NCBI GenBank assembly: GCA_963745035.1
Contig: CAVUVW010000005.1
Location: 128,001-192,000, forward strand
DNA: 64,000 bases
DNA from: an uncultured delta proteobacterium
GTDB taxonomy: Bacteria; Desulfobacterota; Binatia; UBA9968
Direction of reading: 5' to 3'
The notes under the pieces are model-generated. The model worked only from the letters and a program-made list of their open reading frames with translations. It was not told where the DNA came from and did not search any database. The translations under genes and the position numbers were made by a program. Below, piece by piece: positions 30,271 through 41,209 of the stretch (positions are counted from its first letter, which is position 1; every line of letters begins with the position of its first letter).

Positions 30271-31281
30271 ATGGCCGGCAGAATCTGGTTCGCTCCTTTG
30301 CTCGCGCTGTCGATTATAACCCATGGCCCGCCTGCGTTTGCCCAAACTAGAATCACCATCGGCGTGGCGGCCATGAGCCCGCGGACAATTCCTCTGCTGC
30401 TTGCGCAAGAGCAGGGACTGTTCGCCAAGCAAGGTATGGAGGCGCGCATCGTTCTCATCAAGGGTGCGCCGATTCTGGTCGCCAGTCTGATCTCCGGCGA
30501 TCTCGAAGTGGGCTACACGGGCGGCACATCGGTGCTCGGCGCGGCGGCGCAAGGGCCGTATTTGAAAATTCTCTCCTCGATCTCCAGCAAGCTCACTCAT
30601 ACGATGCTCGCCAGCCCGAACCTCAAGACCGCTGAGCAGTTGCGCGGCAAACGGTTCGGAATTCAAAGCATGGGCGGCACTACCTGGATGCACACCATCC
30701 TCGGCCTCGAACATGTCGGGCTCGACGTTAAACGCGACAACATCAACATCCTGATGATCGGCGACTCGGTACTGATCGGCCAAGCGCTCGAGGCCGGCCG
30801 AGTCGACGCCGCGGTCCTCGATGGCGTCCTGGCGCGGAGGCTCATCAATAAAGGTTTCTCGGTCATCGTCGATCTCACACCCGCCAATATTCCCATGGTC
30901 AATCAGGCCGTCGTCGTCGCACCGGATTTTGTGCAAAAACGCTCGGAGCTCGCCGAACGAATTCTGATGGCTCTGGTGGATAGCCTCGCGTTCACGTTGG
31001 CGCCGATGAACAAGAGCGTCGTAGTCAAAACTATCATGCGCCGGCTCCAGATCGACGATCCAAAGGTCGCCGAGGAAGGCTATCAGGATCTCATGACGAG
31101 CATCGAGCGAAAACCGTTTCCTTCGCTCGAAGGGTTGCGCAATATTCGCCGACTCATGGCGACGCAGAATCCCAAAGCTGCGAATGTGAAAGTCGAAGAG
31201 CTGATTGACGCGAGACTGATCCGGAAGCTCGATGAGAACGGCTACATGGACAAGGTCGCGGCGACTTACGGGTTAAAGTAG
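30271..31281 (+). CDS. NitT/TauT-family ABC substrate-binding protein (orphan)
   Basis: Signal peptide AFA-Q, AQEQGLFAKQG, LRGKRFG, ALEAGRVDA. Confidence 0.88.
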   Translation: MAGRIWFAPLLALSIITHGPPAFAQTRITIGVAAMSPRTIPLLLAQEQGLFAKQGMEARIVLIKGAPILVASLISGDLEVGYTGGTSVLGAAAQGPYLKILSSISSKLTHTMLASPNLKTAEQLRGKRFGIQSMGGTTWMHTILGLEHVGLDVKRDNINILMIGDSVLIGQALEAGRVDAAVLDGVLARRLINKGFSVIVDLTPANIPMVNQAVVVAPDFVQKRSELAERILMALVDSLAFTLAPMNKSVVVKTIMRRLQIDDPKVAEEGYQDLMTSIERKPFPSLEGLRNIRRLMATQNPKAANVKVEELIDARLIRKLDENGYMDKVAATYGLK

Positions 31282-31366
31282 GCGAAAGCCACTCAGCTCG
31301 GTTCCGGCATGAATTGAATTTTGTCAAAGAATCGTGGCCACCAGCAAGCAAATCTCGTCATTCACT

Positions 31367-33313
31367 TCACGGCGCGGCTCGCGCGGCACTTGTCGAACGC
31401 TCGAGCGACGATTTGTTTTTCTCCCATGTAATCAAGCCGAGCCCCAAGAGCAGCCCGGCGGCATCGAAGATAAGCCATGCGCCCTGCCAGGTGGGCAGCA
31501 TGAGCATCAAACCGGCGACAATGAACAGGCCGCGCTTGAACCAGTCGAGTCCGCGAAAGAGAAAACCGGCACAGCCTACCGCGAGTAAAAAGGTTCCGAT
31601 TGCGGACGCAATGATAGCGAGAAGAATTTCGCCGAGTGATCCTTTGAGGATCAGCGCGGGATGCAGTGCGAAGACGAACGGCACCACATACGCGGCGATG
31701 CCCAGGCGCATGCCGGTCCAGCCGGTCTTCCAAAAATCCGAGTGAGCAATGGCCGCCGCCGTGTAAGTCGCCAGACAATCGGGCGGCGTGATCAGCGAGA
31801 GCATGCCGAAGTAGAAAAGAAAAAGATGGGCGGCGAGGGGATCGATGCCGAGCTGCGCGAGCGCCGGGCCGACAAGAACCGCGAGCGTGATGTAAACTAC
31901 CGCCGTCGGCAGCGACATGCCGAGCAGGATGCAGACGATCGCGGTCAGAGCGAGAAGAGCTAGAACGTTGCCGCCCGACAGGCTCACAAGGATCAAAGAC
32001 AGTTTGAATGTCAAGCCGGACAACTGCAGGGAGCCGATGACCAGCCCGGCCAACGAGGTGATCACGACGATGTCGAGCAATGTGCGGCCGGTCTCTTCGA
32101 TCGACGTAACAATTTTTCCGAACGTGGGGCGCGTTTCTTTTTGTAGAGCGCCGACGACGAAAGTGAGGATGACCGTCGCCATGCCGGCTTTGCCCGCTTC
32201 CCAGTTTTCCCACATCAGCACATAGACCAGAAAAGCGAGTGGAAATACAAAAACCCACCCAAGTCTGATCACGCCGCGAAACTTTGGAATCTGCTCCGCC
32301 GGCAACCCGCCAAGATTGTGCTTGGCGGCTTCCAAATCCACCTGCGTGAAAAGGGCGAGATAATAAAGCGCGGCCGGAACTGCGGCGGCCAAAGCGATCT
32401 CGCCATATGAAATATTGAGGAACTCGGCCATCAAAAACGCCGCCGCGCCCATGACCGGCGGGGTGATCTGCCCGCCGTTCGATGCCACCGCCTCGATGGC
32501 GGCGGCAATGTGGGAGGGATAGCCGGTTTTCTTCATCAAGGGTATCGTGATCGCGCCGTCCACAGCTACGTTCGCCACAGCGCTGCCCGATACAGTACCG
32601 AACAGCGCCGAAGAGACTACGGAGACTTTGGCCGGGCCGCCGCGGTATCTTCCCATGACGATCAGCGCGATGTCGGTGATAAACTTGTCGCCGCCGACGG
32701 CGTACAGGGCTTGGCCAAAAAAGATGAAAGCTACGACAACGCCGGCGGCAACCGTGAGCGGCACGCCGAGCAGGCCGTTGGAATCGAGATAGAGATAGCT
32801 TGCGATCCGCGCCCACGTTGCGCCTTTGGCGGCGAAGAGGCCGGGAAAGAAATCGGCGAACTTGGCGTAGAGAATACAGACTACGCCCACCCAAACTAGC
32901 GGCCAGCCCGCGACCCGGCGCGTGGCTTCCAGGATGAGCAGGATTGCGAGTCCGCCGAGGATCCAACGCTCGGGCGACAAGATGCCAAGGCGGTAGGCGA
33001 TCGACGGATACATCACCATGATAAAACCGCCGGTGATGAGACAGGCAAAGAAGCAAAGCCAATCGTAGGCGGGAACGCGGCCGCCGGTTTCGTCGCTGCG
33101 GCTCTTCACGCGCAGAAACACGCCGGCCATGCCGAGCGCGAAGAAAAAACCTAGAAATTGTTCCTTGAAGAAAGTGATATTGAAAAAAACGTGGACCTCG
33201 CCGGCCCAAAGTGCCGAGACCAGCGTGAGTACGATGACGACGGCGCGCTCGGTCGCGCGCGCCGCGCCGGTCAACGAACGAAACTTTGTCGCCGCGTTAA
33301 AGTCGTCGCTCAT
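31367..33313 (-). CDS. TRAP transporter fused 4TM/12TM permease (TAXI type)
   Basis: GGPAKVSVVSSALFGTVSGSAVANV, EAVASNGGQITPPVMGAAAFLMAE, ITPP. Confidence 0.93.
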   Translation of the reverse strand: MSDDFNAATKFRSLTGAARATERAVVIVLTLVSALWAGEVHVFFNITFFKEQFLGFFFALGMAGVFLRVKSRSDETGGRVPAYDWLCFFACLITGGFIMVMYPSIAYRLGILSPERWILGGLAILLILEATRRVAGWPLVWVGVVCILYAKFADFFPGLFAAKGATWARIASYLYLDSNGLLGVPLTVAAGVVVAFIFFGQALYAVGGDKFITDIALIVMGRYRGGPAKVSVVSSALFGTVSGSAVANVAVDGAITIPLMKKTGYPSHIAAAIEAVASNGGQITPPVMGAAAFLMAEFLNISYGEIALAAAVPAALYYLALFTQVDLEAAKHNLGGLPAEQIPKFRGVIRLGWVFVFPLAFLVYVLMWENWEAGKAGMATVILTFVVGALQKETRPTFGKIVTSIEETGRTLLDIVVITSLAGLVIGSLQLSGLTFKLSLILVSLSGGNVLALLALTAIVCILLGMSLPTAVVYITLAVLVGPALAQLGIDPLAAHLFLFYFGMLSLITPPDCLATYTAAAIAHSDFWKTGWTGMRLGIAAYVVPFVFALHPALILKGSLGEILLAIIASAIGTFLLAVGCAGFLFRGLDWFKRGLFIVAGLMLMLPTWQGAWLIFDAAGLLLGLGLITWEKNKSSLERSTSAARAAP

Positions 33314-33331
33314 CGCTTTTAGGATCGGTCA

Positions 33332-33363
33332 GTTCAAAACGTTCAAGCCGTTCAAATCGTTTC
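33332..33363. repeat. 9-bp tandem array (GTTCAANNC)
   Basis: GTTCAAAAC GTTCAAGCC GTTCAAATC GTTTC. Confidence 0.75.
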
Positions 33364-33410
33364 GGGCGCAAATGTTGTCGACTGTTTGGAACACTTTCCG
33401 GGTGACGGAG

Positions 33411-34443
33411 TCACGGATTTAGCGCAAGAAGTCGTTTTTGGATTTCGTCCATCTTTGCGGGCCAAGCGTTCTTTTCCTTGTAGAACTGCACCGCGGCCGG
33501 GTGATAGGGCATGGTTGCGTCGTCGGTGACCGCACGTTCACGAGTCCATTCCTTCAGGGACGAGTGCAGCGGCGCAAGCTTGTCGATATTGTCCCAGATC
33601 GCTTTCAGAGACGCGTGAACTACTTCATTGCTCAGAGCTCTGTGGCCGACCAGGTACATGTCGTAGGCTTGTATGCAGGTATCGCCGATGACTCCGGTCG
33701 AGGCGCCGGACTTTAGCGTCGTCAGATAGTATCCCGGCACGGCTTTCTTAAGCCGCGCCTCGCCTTGAGGCGAGCAGTCGAGCGAAACGAAGCGCACACC
33801 GATGGCGGCATCGGCTTCCTTCACTTTGGCCGAGCCGACGGTGTGATTGCTCACCTCGGCACGTCCCTGAACCAAGGCGTCGATACCGTCGTTTACCGCG
33901 GGAACCGGCACGACCTTTACATCGTCCCACGTCAAACCGCCGGTGGCGAGCGAGCCGAAAACACTGAACCAGACGGCGAGATGCGCCGGATAATCGCCGG
34001 TCACGCGCTTGCCTTTAACGTCGTAGACGGTCTTCACCGGACCGTCTTTGCGCGAGACCATGCTGGTGAGCAGCGGTGAACCGCGCATGATCAAACGGGT
34101 GCGCGGCGTGTGAGGCATGGGATTGCGGCCGCCGATTTTTAGGCGTTGCCCCTGATACGCCAGTCCCATGTCCACGGCATTGATGATGCCGAAGTCGATC
34201 TCGCCGTTGTCCAAAAGCGGCAAGAAGGTGCTGCTGCCGGTATACGGCTGAACCACGGACTGCATCGGACCGGCCTCGCTGATCACCTTGGCGAGGCCGC
34301 TCGCTACGGAATAAAAGAGACTGCCGGCGGGATTGGCGGCGATCGTCGTCGAGGCCGGGAGTTTCTGCGCCTGAGCCGTGCCGCCGGCGAAGAGCCGTGG
34401 CAACAATCGCGAAACTTAGAAAATGCATTCGGTGGCTGCGCAT
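33411..34443 (-). CDS. TAXI-family TRAP solute receptor (copy 3), frameshift in signal peptide near 34395
   Basis: NPAGSLFY, DVKVVPVPAVNDG, PYHPAAVQFYKE. Confidence 0.88.
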
Positions 34444-34460
34444 ACTGACCTCCGATCACG

Positions 34461-35492
34461 CTACGGATTCACCGCCAGTAACCTTTTCTGCGCTTCGTCG
34501 ATTTTTGCGTTCCAGAGATTTTTGTCCTTGTAGAATTGCATCGCTGCCGGATGGTAGGGCAGGGTGACATCGGCGGAGGCCGCGCGTTCACGCGTCCAAT
34601 CTTTGAATTGCGCATGCAGCGGCGGCAACTTTTCGATGTTGTCCCAGATCGCCCTGAGCGACGCTTGTACGACATCGTTCGAGAGCCCTTTGTGGCCCAA
34701 AAAGTAAATATCGAAGTTCAAAACACAAGTGTCGCCGAGGATGCCGGTGGAGAACCCCGTTTTTAAAGTCGTGGTCGAGTACCCGGGAACTGCTTTTCTT
34801 ACGCGAGAATCGCCTTGAGGCGAGCAGTCGAGCGGAACGATGCGCACGCCGACCGAGGCATCCGCCTCTTTGACCTTTGCTGCGCCGATCGCGTGAATGG
34901 CCGCGTCAGCCCGGCCCTGGACTATGGCGTCGATGCCGTCGTTGACGGCGGGAACCGGCACGACTTTGACATCGTTCCAGGAAAATCCCGCGCTCGCGAG
35001 CGCGGCGTAGCCGTGATACCAGATTGCAATGTTGGCTGGATACTCACCGGCGACGCGCTTGGCTTTGACTTCCTGGATGGTTTTGATGCCGTCCTTTTTT
35101 GCCACCAGGCCGATGAACAAAGGCGAGCCGCGCATGATCAGTCTTGCGTTCGGCACATGCGGCAAGGGATTCTTGCCGCCGATCTTCAACCTGTTCGGTC
35201 CCTGATACGAGAGATTGCTTTCGACTGCATTGATGATGGCGAAGTCGAGCTCGCCGCTGTCGAGCAGCGGCAGCAACGTGCTGGTTCCTGTATAAGGTTG
35301 CACCGCCGCTTGCATCTGTCCCGCGTCGCTGATCACCTTTCCCAAGCCGGCGCCGACGGCGTAGAAAACGGTGCCGGCCGGATTGGTGCCGATGGTCGTT
35401 GATGCCGGCAGTTTTTGGGCGCCAGCCTCGGCGGCTGCGAGCACAAGGCAGATGATTGCCGCCTCTAGCATTTTCATTCCACGTTTTGCCAT
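34461..35492 (-). CDS. TAXI-family TRAP solute receptor (copy 2)
   Basis: Signal peptide, NPAGTVFY, PYHPAAMQFYKD. Confidence 0.9.
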   Translation of the reverse strand: MAKRGMKMLEAAIICLVLAAAEAGAQKLPASTTIGTNPAGTVFYAVGAGLGKVISDAGQMQAAVQPYTGTSTLLPLLDSGELDFAIINAVESNLSYQGPNRLKIGGKNPLPHVPNARLIMRGSPLFIGLVAKKDGIKTIQEVKAKRVAGEYPANIAIWYHGYAALASAGFSWNDVKVVPVPAVNDGIDAIVQGRADAAIHAIGAAKVKEADASVGVRIVPLDCSPQGDSRVRKAVPGYSTTTLKTGFSTGILGDTCVLNFDIYFLGHKGLSNDVVQASLRAIWDNIEKLPPLHAQFKDWTRERAASADVTLPYHPAAMQFYKDKNLWNAKIDEAQKRLLAVNP

Positions 35493-35523
35493 CTCGTTCT
35501 CCTCTCGAAAGTCGGTGTTCGAA

Positions 35524-35570
35524 GTCTAGGTCTCGGACCAACGAAACGTGAACCCAAGACTGAGCTAAAC
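35524..35570. repeat. Degenerate 7-bp repeat cluster
   Basis: GTCTAGGTCTCGG then AAACGTG AACCCAAGACTGA, the same family as at 40215. Confidence 0.35.
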
Positions 35571-36592
35571 TTACGGATTCAGCGCCAGCAGTCTTTTCTG
35601 ACCTCATCGAGCTTCGGCGACCATGCGCCGTTGTCCCTGAAGTATCGGATCGCGGCGGGATGGTAGGGAAGCGTGACTTCCGGATCGACGGCGCGCGCTC
35701 TGGTCCATTCGGTGAAGCCGGGATGAAATTGCGGCAGCTTTTCGATGTTCACCCAGACCGCCTGAATGATATTTCGAACCACGGCGTCGGGCAGCGCTTT
35801 GTGGCCGACGAGATAGATATCGTAGGTGTAAGCGCAGGTATCTTCGACAATGCCGGTGGAAGAACCGGCTTTGACGACAGAAAGATAATATCCCGGCACA
35901 GCCTTCTTGATGCGCGCTTCGCCCTGCTTGGAGCAATCGAGCGGGATGTAGCGGATGCCCACGGAGGAGTCCGCTTCCTTTACTTTCGCCGAGCCGATGG
36001 CATGCGTCGATACATCGGCGCGCCCCTGGATGAGCGCGTCCATGCCTTCATTCACCGCCGGAACCGGAACGACCTTGACGTCGTTCCACGTAAGCCCGCC
36101 GTTGGAAAGCGAGCCGAAGACGTTGTACCAAACTGCAAGCTGCGCCGGATATTCTCCGGTCACGCGTTTGCCTTTCACGTCGGCGATGGTTTTGATCGGC
36201 GAATCCTTGCGGACGATCAAGCTGCTGCGCAAGGGCGAGCCGCGCATGATCAAGCGCGAGCTGGCGACGTGAGGAAATGGATTTCTGCCTCCGACCTTGA
36301 GCTTTTGCCCCTGATACACCATGCCCATGTCCACCGCGTTCACTACGCCGAAGTCGAGCTCGCCGGATTGGAACAGTGGCACGAAGGTGCTTGTGCCTGC
36401 ATAAGGCTGAATCTGCGCCTGGATCGGCGAAGCGTCGCTAATGACTTTCGCGAGCCCGCTGCCGAGCGCATAAAAGAGCGAGCCCGGCGGATTGGAACCG
36501 ATGGCGACGGATCTTGGGAGCTGCTGCGCATACGCGATGGGAGCCAAAAGAAAAGTTGCTGTCAGCACAACGTAAAACAAGCGACGACGCAT
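35571..36592 (-). CDS. TAXI-family TRAP solute receptor (copy 1), frameshift near 35600
   Basis: NPPGSLFY, PYHPAAIRYF. The C-terminus KRLLALNP* is restored in the adjacent frame. Confidence 0.9.
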
Positions 36593-36707
36593 AGAGCCTC
36601 CTCGTAAAGTGGCGTCAATCTAGATCGAATGTGATTTTCGGTCAACGGCGATGTGCATCGAGGAGAAAACCGGAGGTCAACGGTTCCCGCGTGAATTCGG
36701 AAGGTTC

Positions 36708-36804
36708 GTCATTCCCGCACGTTTTAAGCGGAAATCCAGGCGAACTCCGATGCCGGCCGGTAACCTGCGGACAAAAACTGGATTGCCGCTTGCGCGGCAA
36801 TGAG
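36708..36804. repeat. GTCATTCCCGC-type REP doublet
   Basis: GTCATTCCCGC...GCGGAAATCCAG and an inverted copy CTGGATTGCCGC...GCGGCAATGA. Confidence 0.6.
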
Positions 36805-36866
36805 CGAACGAATGTGAATTTGTCATATGGACGTGAGGCTGCTTCGTTGGACGCGATGCAGGAGAT

Positions 36867-37953
36867 TCACTCGGGACGCGTCGCGCCTAGGTGCTTGGCG
36901 AGAAAATCCCAGATTGCCGGGCGGTAGCGGAACGGCATGTTGTTGCAGACGTGGTTGCCGCCTTCGAGCAAGAGCCACTCTTTCATTCCCGACGCTTCGT
37001 CGTAAATCCGTTTCGCTTGCTCGACTGGAACAAAATCATTCGTGCCGTGAACGACCAAGAGCGGGCAGCGGATTTTCGACGCCAAGCCTTCAAGCGTGCA
37101 GCGGCTGTGCAGTTCTATGAGCTTCTGCTTGTCGTAGATCTTCCAGATGTGCGCCACGCGCGCGAATTCGAAGGGATCGTCGAAGCGATTGAGCACGCGT
37201 GTGCGATCGTACATGCCGCCGGCGAACGCGCAGGCTTTAATGCGCATATCGCAGGCGGCGGAGCGCGGCGCGAGATAGCCGCCCATGCTCGGACCAAAAA
37301 CGCCGACGCGACCGGCATCGACTTGAGGCAATTTTTCGAGATAATCGATCACGGCCGAAGTCGCGCGCTCGAACTCGACGATTAAGCCCGCCTTGGAACC
37401 AACTCTCGCCCTGGCCGGGACCGTCGAAAGTGAAGGTCGCCACGCCGCGGCGCAAGAATCCGTCCTCCATCGTGCGCGCTTCTTCTTTGGTCGATTCGAG
37501 ACCGGAGATGATGATGACCACGGGCGGTTTATTTATGCCGGTGGGGACGCGGAGATAAGAGGCCATGCGGAAGTTTTCGAACGGCACTTCGTGGCGCACC
37601 GCGGGCGGATTCAAATACGGCGCTGCCTTGGCATAGCATTCTACCCGCTTCTCGGCTGCGGGAATGTACTGATCGAGATCATGCGGAGAATTGTTGCAGC
37701 CGAAATGATAGGCCATCGAAGCCATGAGATATGCTTCCGTCGCACTCTCCCGATTGCCGGCGGCTCCCGCCTTGCGGGCGAAATCTTCATGTCCGGCCGC
37801 GGTCGCGCACCACTCGCGGCACCAATCGTCCCAAGTGCGAATCCGCGCGGCGGTCGTCATGAGATCGTTGTAATCGATCCCTTGAACGATCATGCGCGGC
37901 GCCCAGGTTTTCAGGACGTGATCGACGGTCGGATCGGGGTGCGGAGCTAGCAT
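36867..37953 (-). CDS. Alpha/beta hydrolase, 2,6-dihydroxypseudooxynicotine hydrolase/FrsA-like, frameshift near 37385
   Basis: ISGLESTKEE, FDGPGQGE, GPSMGGY, HG..D, GNHVCNN. Confidence 0.8.
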
Positions 37954-37959
37954 TTCCGC

Positions 37960-39112
37960 CTAACGCCCCCATAACTCTTTTGTCGCGATCCGTGCGCCTT
38001 CGGCCATGGCTTCGAACTTGGCCCAGGCGATTTGCGGGTCGCCGACGCGTGGGCCTAAACCGCAATCTGTGCCGGCCATGACGTTTTCGCGGCCGACGAC
38101 CTTGGCGTAGCGCACGAGACGATCGGCGATCGCTTGCGGGTGTTCGACGATGTCGGTCGCATGGCCGACAACGCCGGGCACGAGGACTTTGCCCGGCGGC
38201 AGTTTCGCTTCTTCCCAGACGCGCCATTCATGTTCGTGGCGCGGATTCGCCGCTTCGATGGAGATGGTATTCGCTCTCACTTTTAGGATCAGGTCGATGA
38301 TGTCCCGCAGCGGAATATCGTACTTGTGCGGGCCATGATAGCTGCCCCAGCAGGTGTGAAAGCGCACACGATCGGGGGGAATATCGCGCAGGCCGTGGTT
38401 TAGCGCGTCGACGCGCAGCTCGGCATACTTGCGGTACTCCGGCACGCTCATCTTCGACATGAATTGCCAGCCGTCCGGCAAGTCTGGATCGTCGATTTGC
38501 AACAGGAAACCGGCATCGACAATAGCCTTGTATTCTTCGTGCATGGCGTCGGAGATCGCGACCAGATAGGCTTCGTCATTCGGATAGTAGTCGTTCTTCA
38601 TCCAGTGCTCGATGGTACCCGGCGCAATAGCGGGAAGAAAAGCCTCTTCGTATTTTTGGCCCTGCAAGCCGGCTTTGAAGTCCTCGATCTCGGCTTTCAA
38701 GGATTCATGTCCGACGTATTTGAGGGGCGCGTTGCAGAAGACGCGTCTTCAGGTTGTCGCCGCGGTGCGTGGCGCGGTTAGTGAAATATTCGCCGAACTC
38801 GACCATGTCGCGCGCGTAGATCGTGGAGGCGTGATCTCCCGGCTTTACTTCGCGCTCGATAAAGCCGCTGAGGCGCTCGCGCGCATAGCGTGAAAAGTTG
38901 GATTTTCCGACTTCGCCGTCGTTGATGACGTCGAGACCGCAAGCGATTTGTTTCTTTACAACTGCGGCGACCGCCTCGCGCACGCGCTTGGTGAAGGCGG
39001 GCTTGTCGATGGATTGGCCGCCGACTTGGGCCTGGTGCATCGCCTTCAAGTCCGGCGGTTGCGGCAATGCGCCGGCATGGGTGGTCAATATTCGTTCGCT
39101 GCTGTACTTCAT
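37960..39112 (-). CDS. Cobalamin-independent methionine synthase II-like (MetE C-terminal fold) protein, frameshifts near 38703-38755
   Basis: ILTTHAG.LP, NDGE, LQIDDPDL, HTCWGS..GPH, IEAANPRHEHEW, GTDCG. Confidence 0.85.
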
Positions 39113-39128
39113 TGAGCCTCCGAATAAT

Positions 39129-39183
39129 CGTTCAAGCCGTTCAAAACGTTCAAATCGTTCAAGCCGTCTAGCTCAATCGTTTC
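39129..39183. repeat. 9-bp tandem array (CGTTCAANN)
   Basis: CGTTCAAGC CGTTCAAAA CGTTCAAAT CGTTCAAGC CGTCT. Confidence 0.8.
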
Positions 39184-39188
39184 GGTGT

Positions 39189-40181
39189 TTACTTCATACC
39201 GTCCGCAACCTTTTGCGCGAAGGTGAAATCGAAGACACGCTCGGGGGGCGGCAGCTCCTTGGGTTTGATCCGCTGGGCGGCGACGGTGATCATTTCGCGC
39301 TGCAATTTTTCATCTACAGCGCCTGAAGCCACGTAGTATTGAAGCGCGGCGTCGTATATGCGATCGGCGAATCGATCACGATCTTTGCCGAGATCGAGGT
39401 ACGGCCCTTTGATGAACTCGATAGCGTATTTCCTGTCGGAGCGAATCAGCCGAATCCCTTTCTGGGTAGCGCGAATCATTTTCGTCACCAGCTCCGGCCG
39501 TTCGTTGACCGTTGCTTTGGTCGTGGTCAGCCCGCCCTGCACGGCGCGATAGACGTCCGCGCCGGCGGCGAGTTTTTTGAATCCTTCGTCTTGTGCGAGA
39601 AACGTCTGCGGGATTTGCAGCATCGTGGCGTCGATGGTGCCGGCTTTCAGCGCGATATAAAGGACATCGCTCGTGCCCAGCGGCAGAAACGTGACTTGCT
39701 CCGGCGGTATCTTGTTGGCGATAAAAATGTGGCGGGCGAGAATTTCCGCCAGCGCGCCGAAGGCCGTGATGCCGATCTTTTTGCCGCGCATTTGCGGGAG
39801 AGTAGTTATGCTCGGATGGCTAAGCATGTCGAAGGACGGCTTGTCCGTCAGAGCGAATACGACCCTGACATCGACGCCGCTGACAGCCGCGGCGACGGCG
39901 GTCCCGGTCGCGGTGCCGAAATCGATGCCGCCCGCGAGCATCGCCGGAATCGTTTGCGCCGCTTTCATGAAGATAAGCTCCGGCTCCAGCCCTTCCTCGC
40001 GAAAATAGCCGCGGTCGCGAGCGATAATAAACGGCATGTCGAGAATGCTGCGGGAAACGTAGCCGATGCGGACCGGAGGAAGTTTTGCGGTTTTTTCGGC
40101 GGCTTGAGTGTTCGGTCGGTGGGAAACGATGCTCGACAGAAGTATAAGCGCAAACAGCGCCACGCGGGTTCCATTTTTCAT
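39189..40181 (-). CDS. NitT/TauT-family ABC substrate-binding protein
   Basis: Signal peptide, ARDRGYFREEGL, MRGKKIG, ALKAGTIDA. Confidence 0.88.
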   Translation of the reverse strand: MKNGTRVALFALILLSSIVSHRPNTQAAEKTAKLPPVRIGYVSRSILDMPFIIARDRGYFREEGLEPELIFMKAAQTIPAMLAGGIDFGTATGTAVAAAVSGVDVRVVFALTDKPSFDMLSHPSITTLPQMRGKKIGITAFGALAEILARHIFIANKIPPEQVTFLPLGTSDVLYIALKAGTIDATMLQIPQTFLAQDEGFKKLAAGADVYRAVQGGLTTTKATVNERPELVTKMIRATQKGIRLIRSDRKYAIEFIKGPYLDLGKDRDRFADRIYDAALQYYVASGAVDEKLQREMITVAAQRIKPKELPPPERVFDFTFAQKVADGMK

Positions 40182-40214
40182 GTTTCTACCTTTCCTCGTT
40201 GGAGCAGCGTGAAA

Positions 40215-40249
40215 AAACACGAAACTCTAAACCCGAGACCCGAGACTCG
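40215..40249. repeat. 7-bp tandem array (ARACYCG)
   Basis: AAACACG AAACTCT AAACCCG AGACCCG AGACTCG. Confidence 0.7.
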
Positions 40250-40251
40250 TA

Positions 40252-40921
40252 TTAGGCGTAGGCGTCGTAGATGCCTTCGAACTTGGCGAGCTTGAAACGC
40301 ACCATGTTGCGCGCCGCCGCGCGCACCAACTCTTTTTCCCGATCGGTGTTGGCGTTGCGCGCGATGGTCTCCGCGGCCATGGCGGTATGTTCCTGGTCGA
40401 CTTTGCCATGGACGATGAAGAACGTTCGCGCCCGGCTGTCGAGCCCGTAATGCTTTTCCAGTGCTTCGTTGAACTCGTCGGAATAGCGGCAGACCATCGT
40501 CTCGTTGACCAGCGCGCCGGCGCGGGTCTCCGCCTGAGTGCCGAGGAACATGCCGCGGATGATCGCCGCGGTATGGGCGACGCACTCGAAAATCATGATT
40601 TCCTTCTCGAAGTCCTCGTCGCGTCAAACCCATCGCTTGGCCGAAGCGCTTCATCAAAGCCGGATGCGATGACTCTTCGACGAACAGCTCGACGAATTGA
40701 TTGTACGCCGGCGGATTGCTGGCATTCTTCACCATGCAATAGGCGAGGCCTTTGTTGATGGCGTGATTGGAAAGATAGTGCTGCATGGCGAAACCGGTGA
40801 TACGTTTTTTGGAGAGCTTGCCGTCGCGCAGCTCGGTGAAGTAGCGGTTAGCCATCAATTTGTCGACACCGGGCTGAATGATCTCGCGCATGAGTGAATC
40901 GATAAAGGCTTGATTTTCCAT
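40252..40921 (-). CDS. Heme-oxygenase-like (PqqC/TenA/CADD) protein, frameshift near 40620
   Basis: ELRDGKLS, EESSH, NE, VHGKVDQEH (HxxxDxxH). Confidence 0.75.
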
Positions 40922-41004
40922 TTTTCACCTCTATGGAGCTACGAATATTCGCCAGCCGAACACTGTCAGAGCAGGAAAATAGAGTCAAGGCCAACATGTT
41001 GAAG

Positions 41005-41034
41005 GAGTCTAGAGTCTCGGGTTCCGTGTCTCGG
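41005..41034. repeat. 7-bp tandem array, inverted relative to 40215
   Basis: GAGTCT AGAGTCT CGGGTTC CGTGTCT CGG. Confidence 0.6.
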
Positions 41035-41150
41035 CGTTAATGGCCAAACTCTATGAATATTTGATTTCGAAACGGTTTCCGCTCCTCAAATGGGACGTCT
41101 TGCCTCTAATCTCTGCCGTCGCGACCGCAAGACTTTCCTGCGCCGCTTGG

Positions 41151-41180
41151 TTGACAGAGGTGCGCGGTGCTCCATATATT
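41151..41180 (+). promoter_or_regulatory. Sigma-70 promoter candidate for the CoA-transferase gene
   Basis: TTGACA-18 nt-TATATT. Confidence 0.4.
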
Positions 41181-41209
41181 CGCGGAACGAAGAAGAGGAG
41201 AGAAATTAG

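Noticed and set aside
31362-33209. 615-aa Arg-rich same-strand alternative ORF (also 2853-4226)
   Set aside because: Off-frame reading of membrane-protein genes, with composition typical of GC-rich frame artefacts.
39129-39183. 9-mer arrays as CRISPR or LexA boxes
   Set aside because: No unique spacers or cas genes. The spacing is GTTC-N5, not N7, and the downstream genes are not SOS genes.
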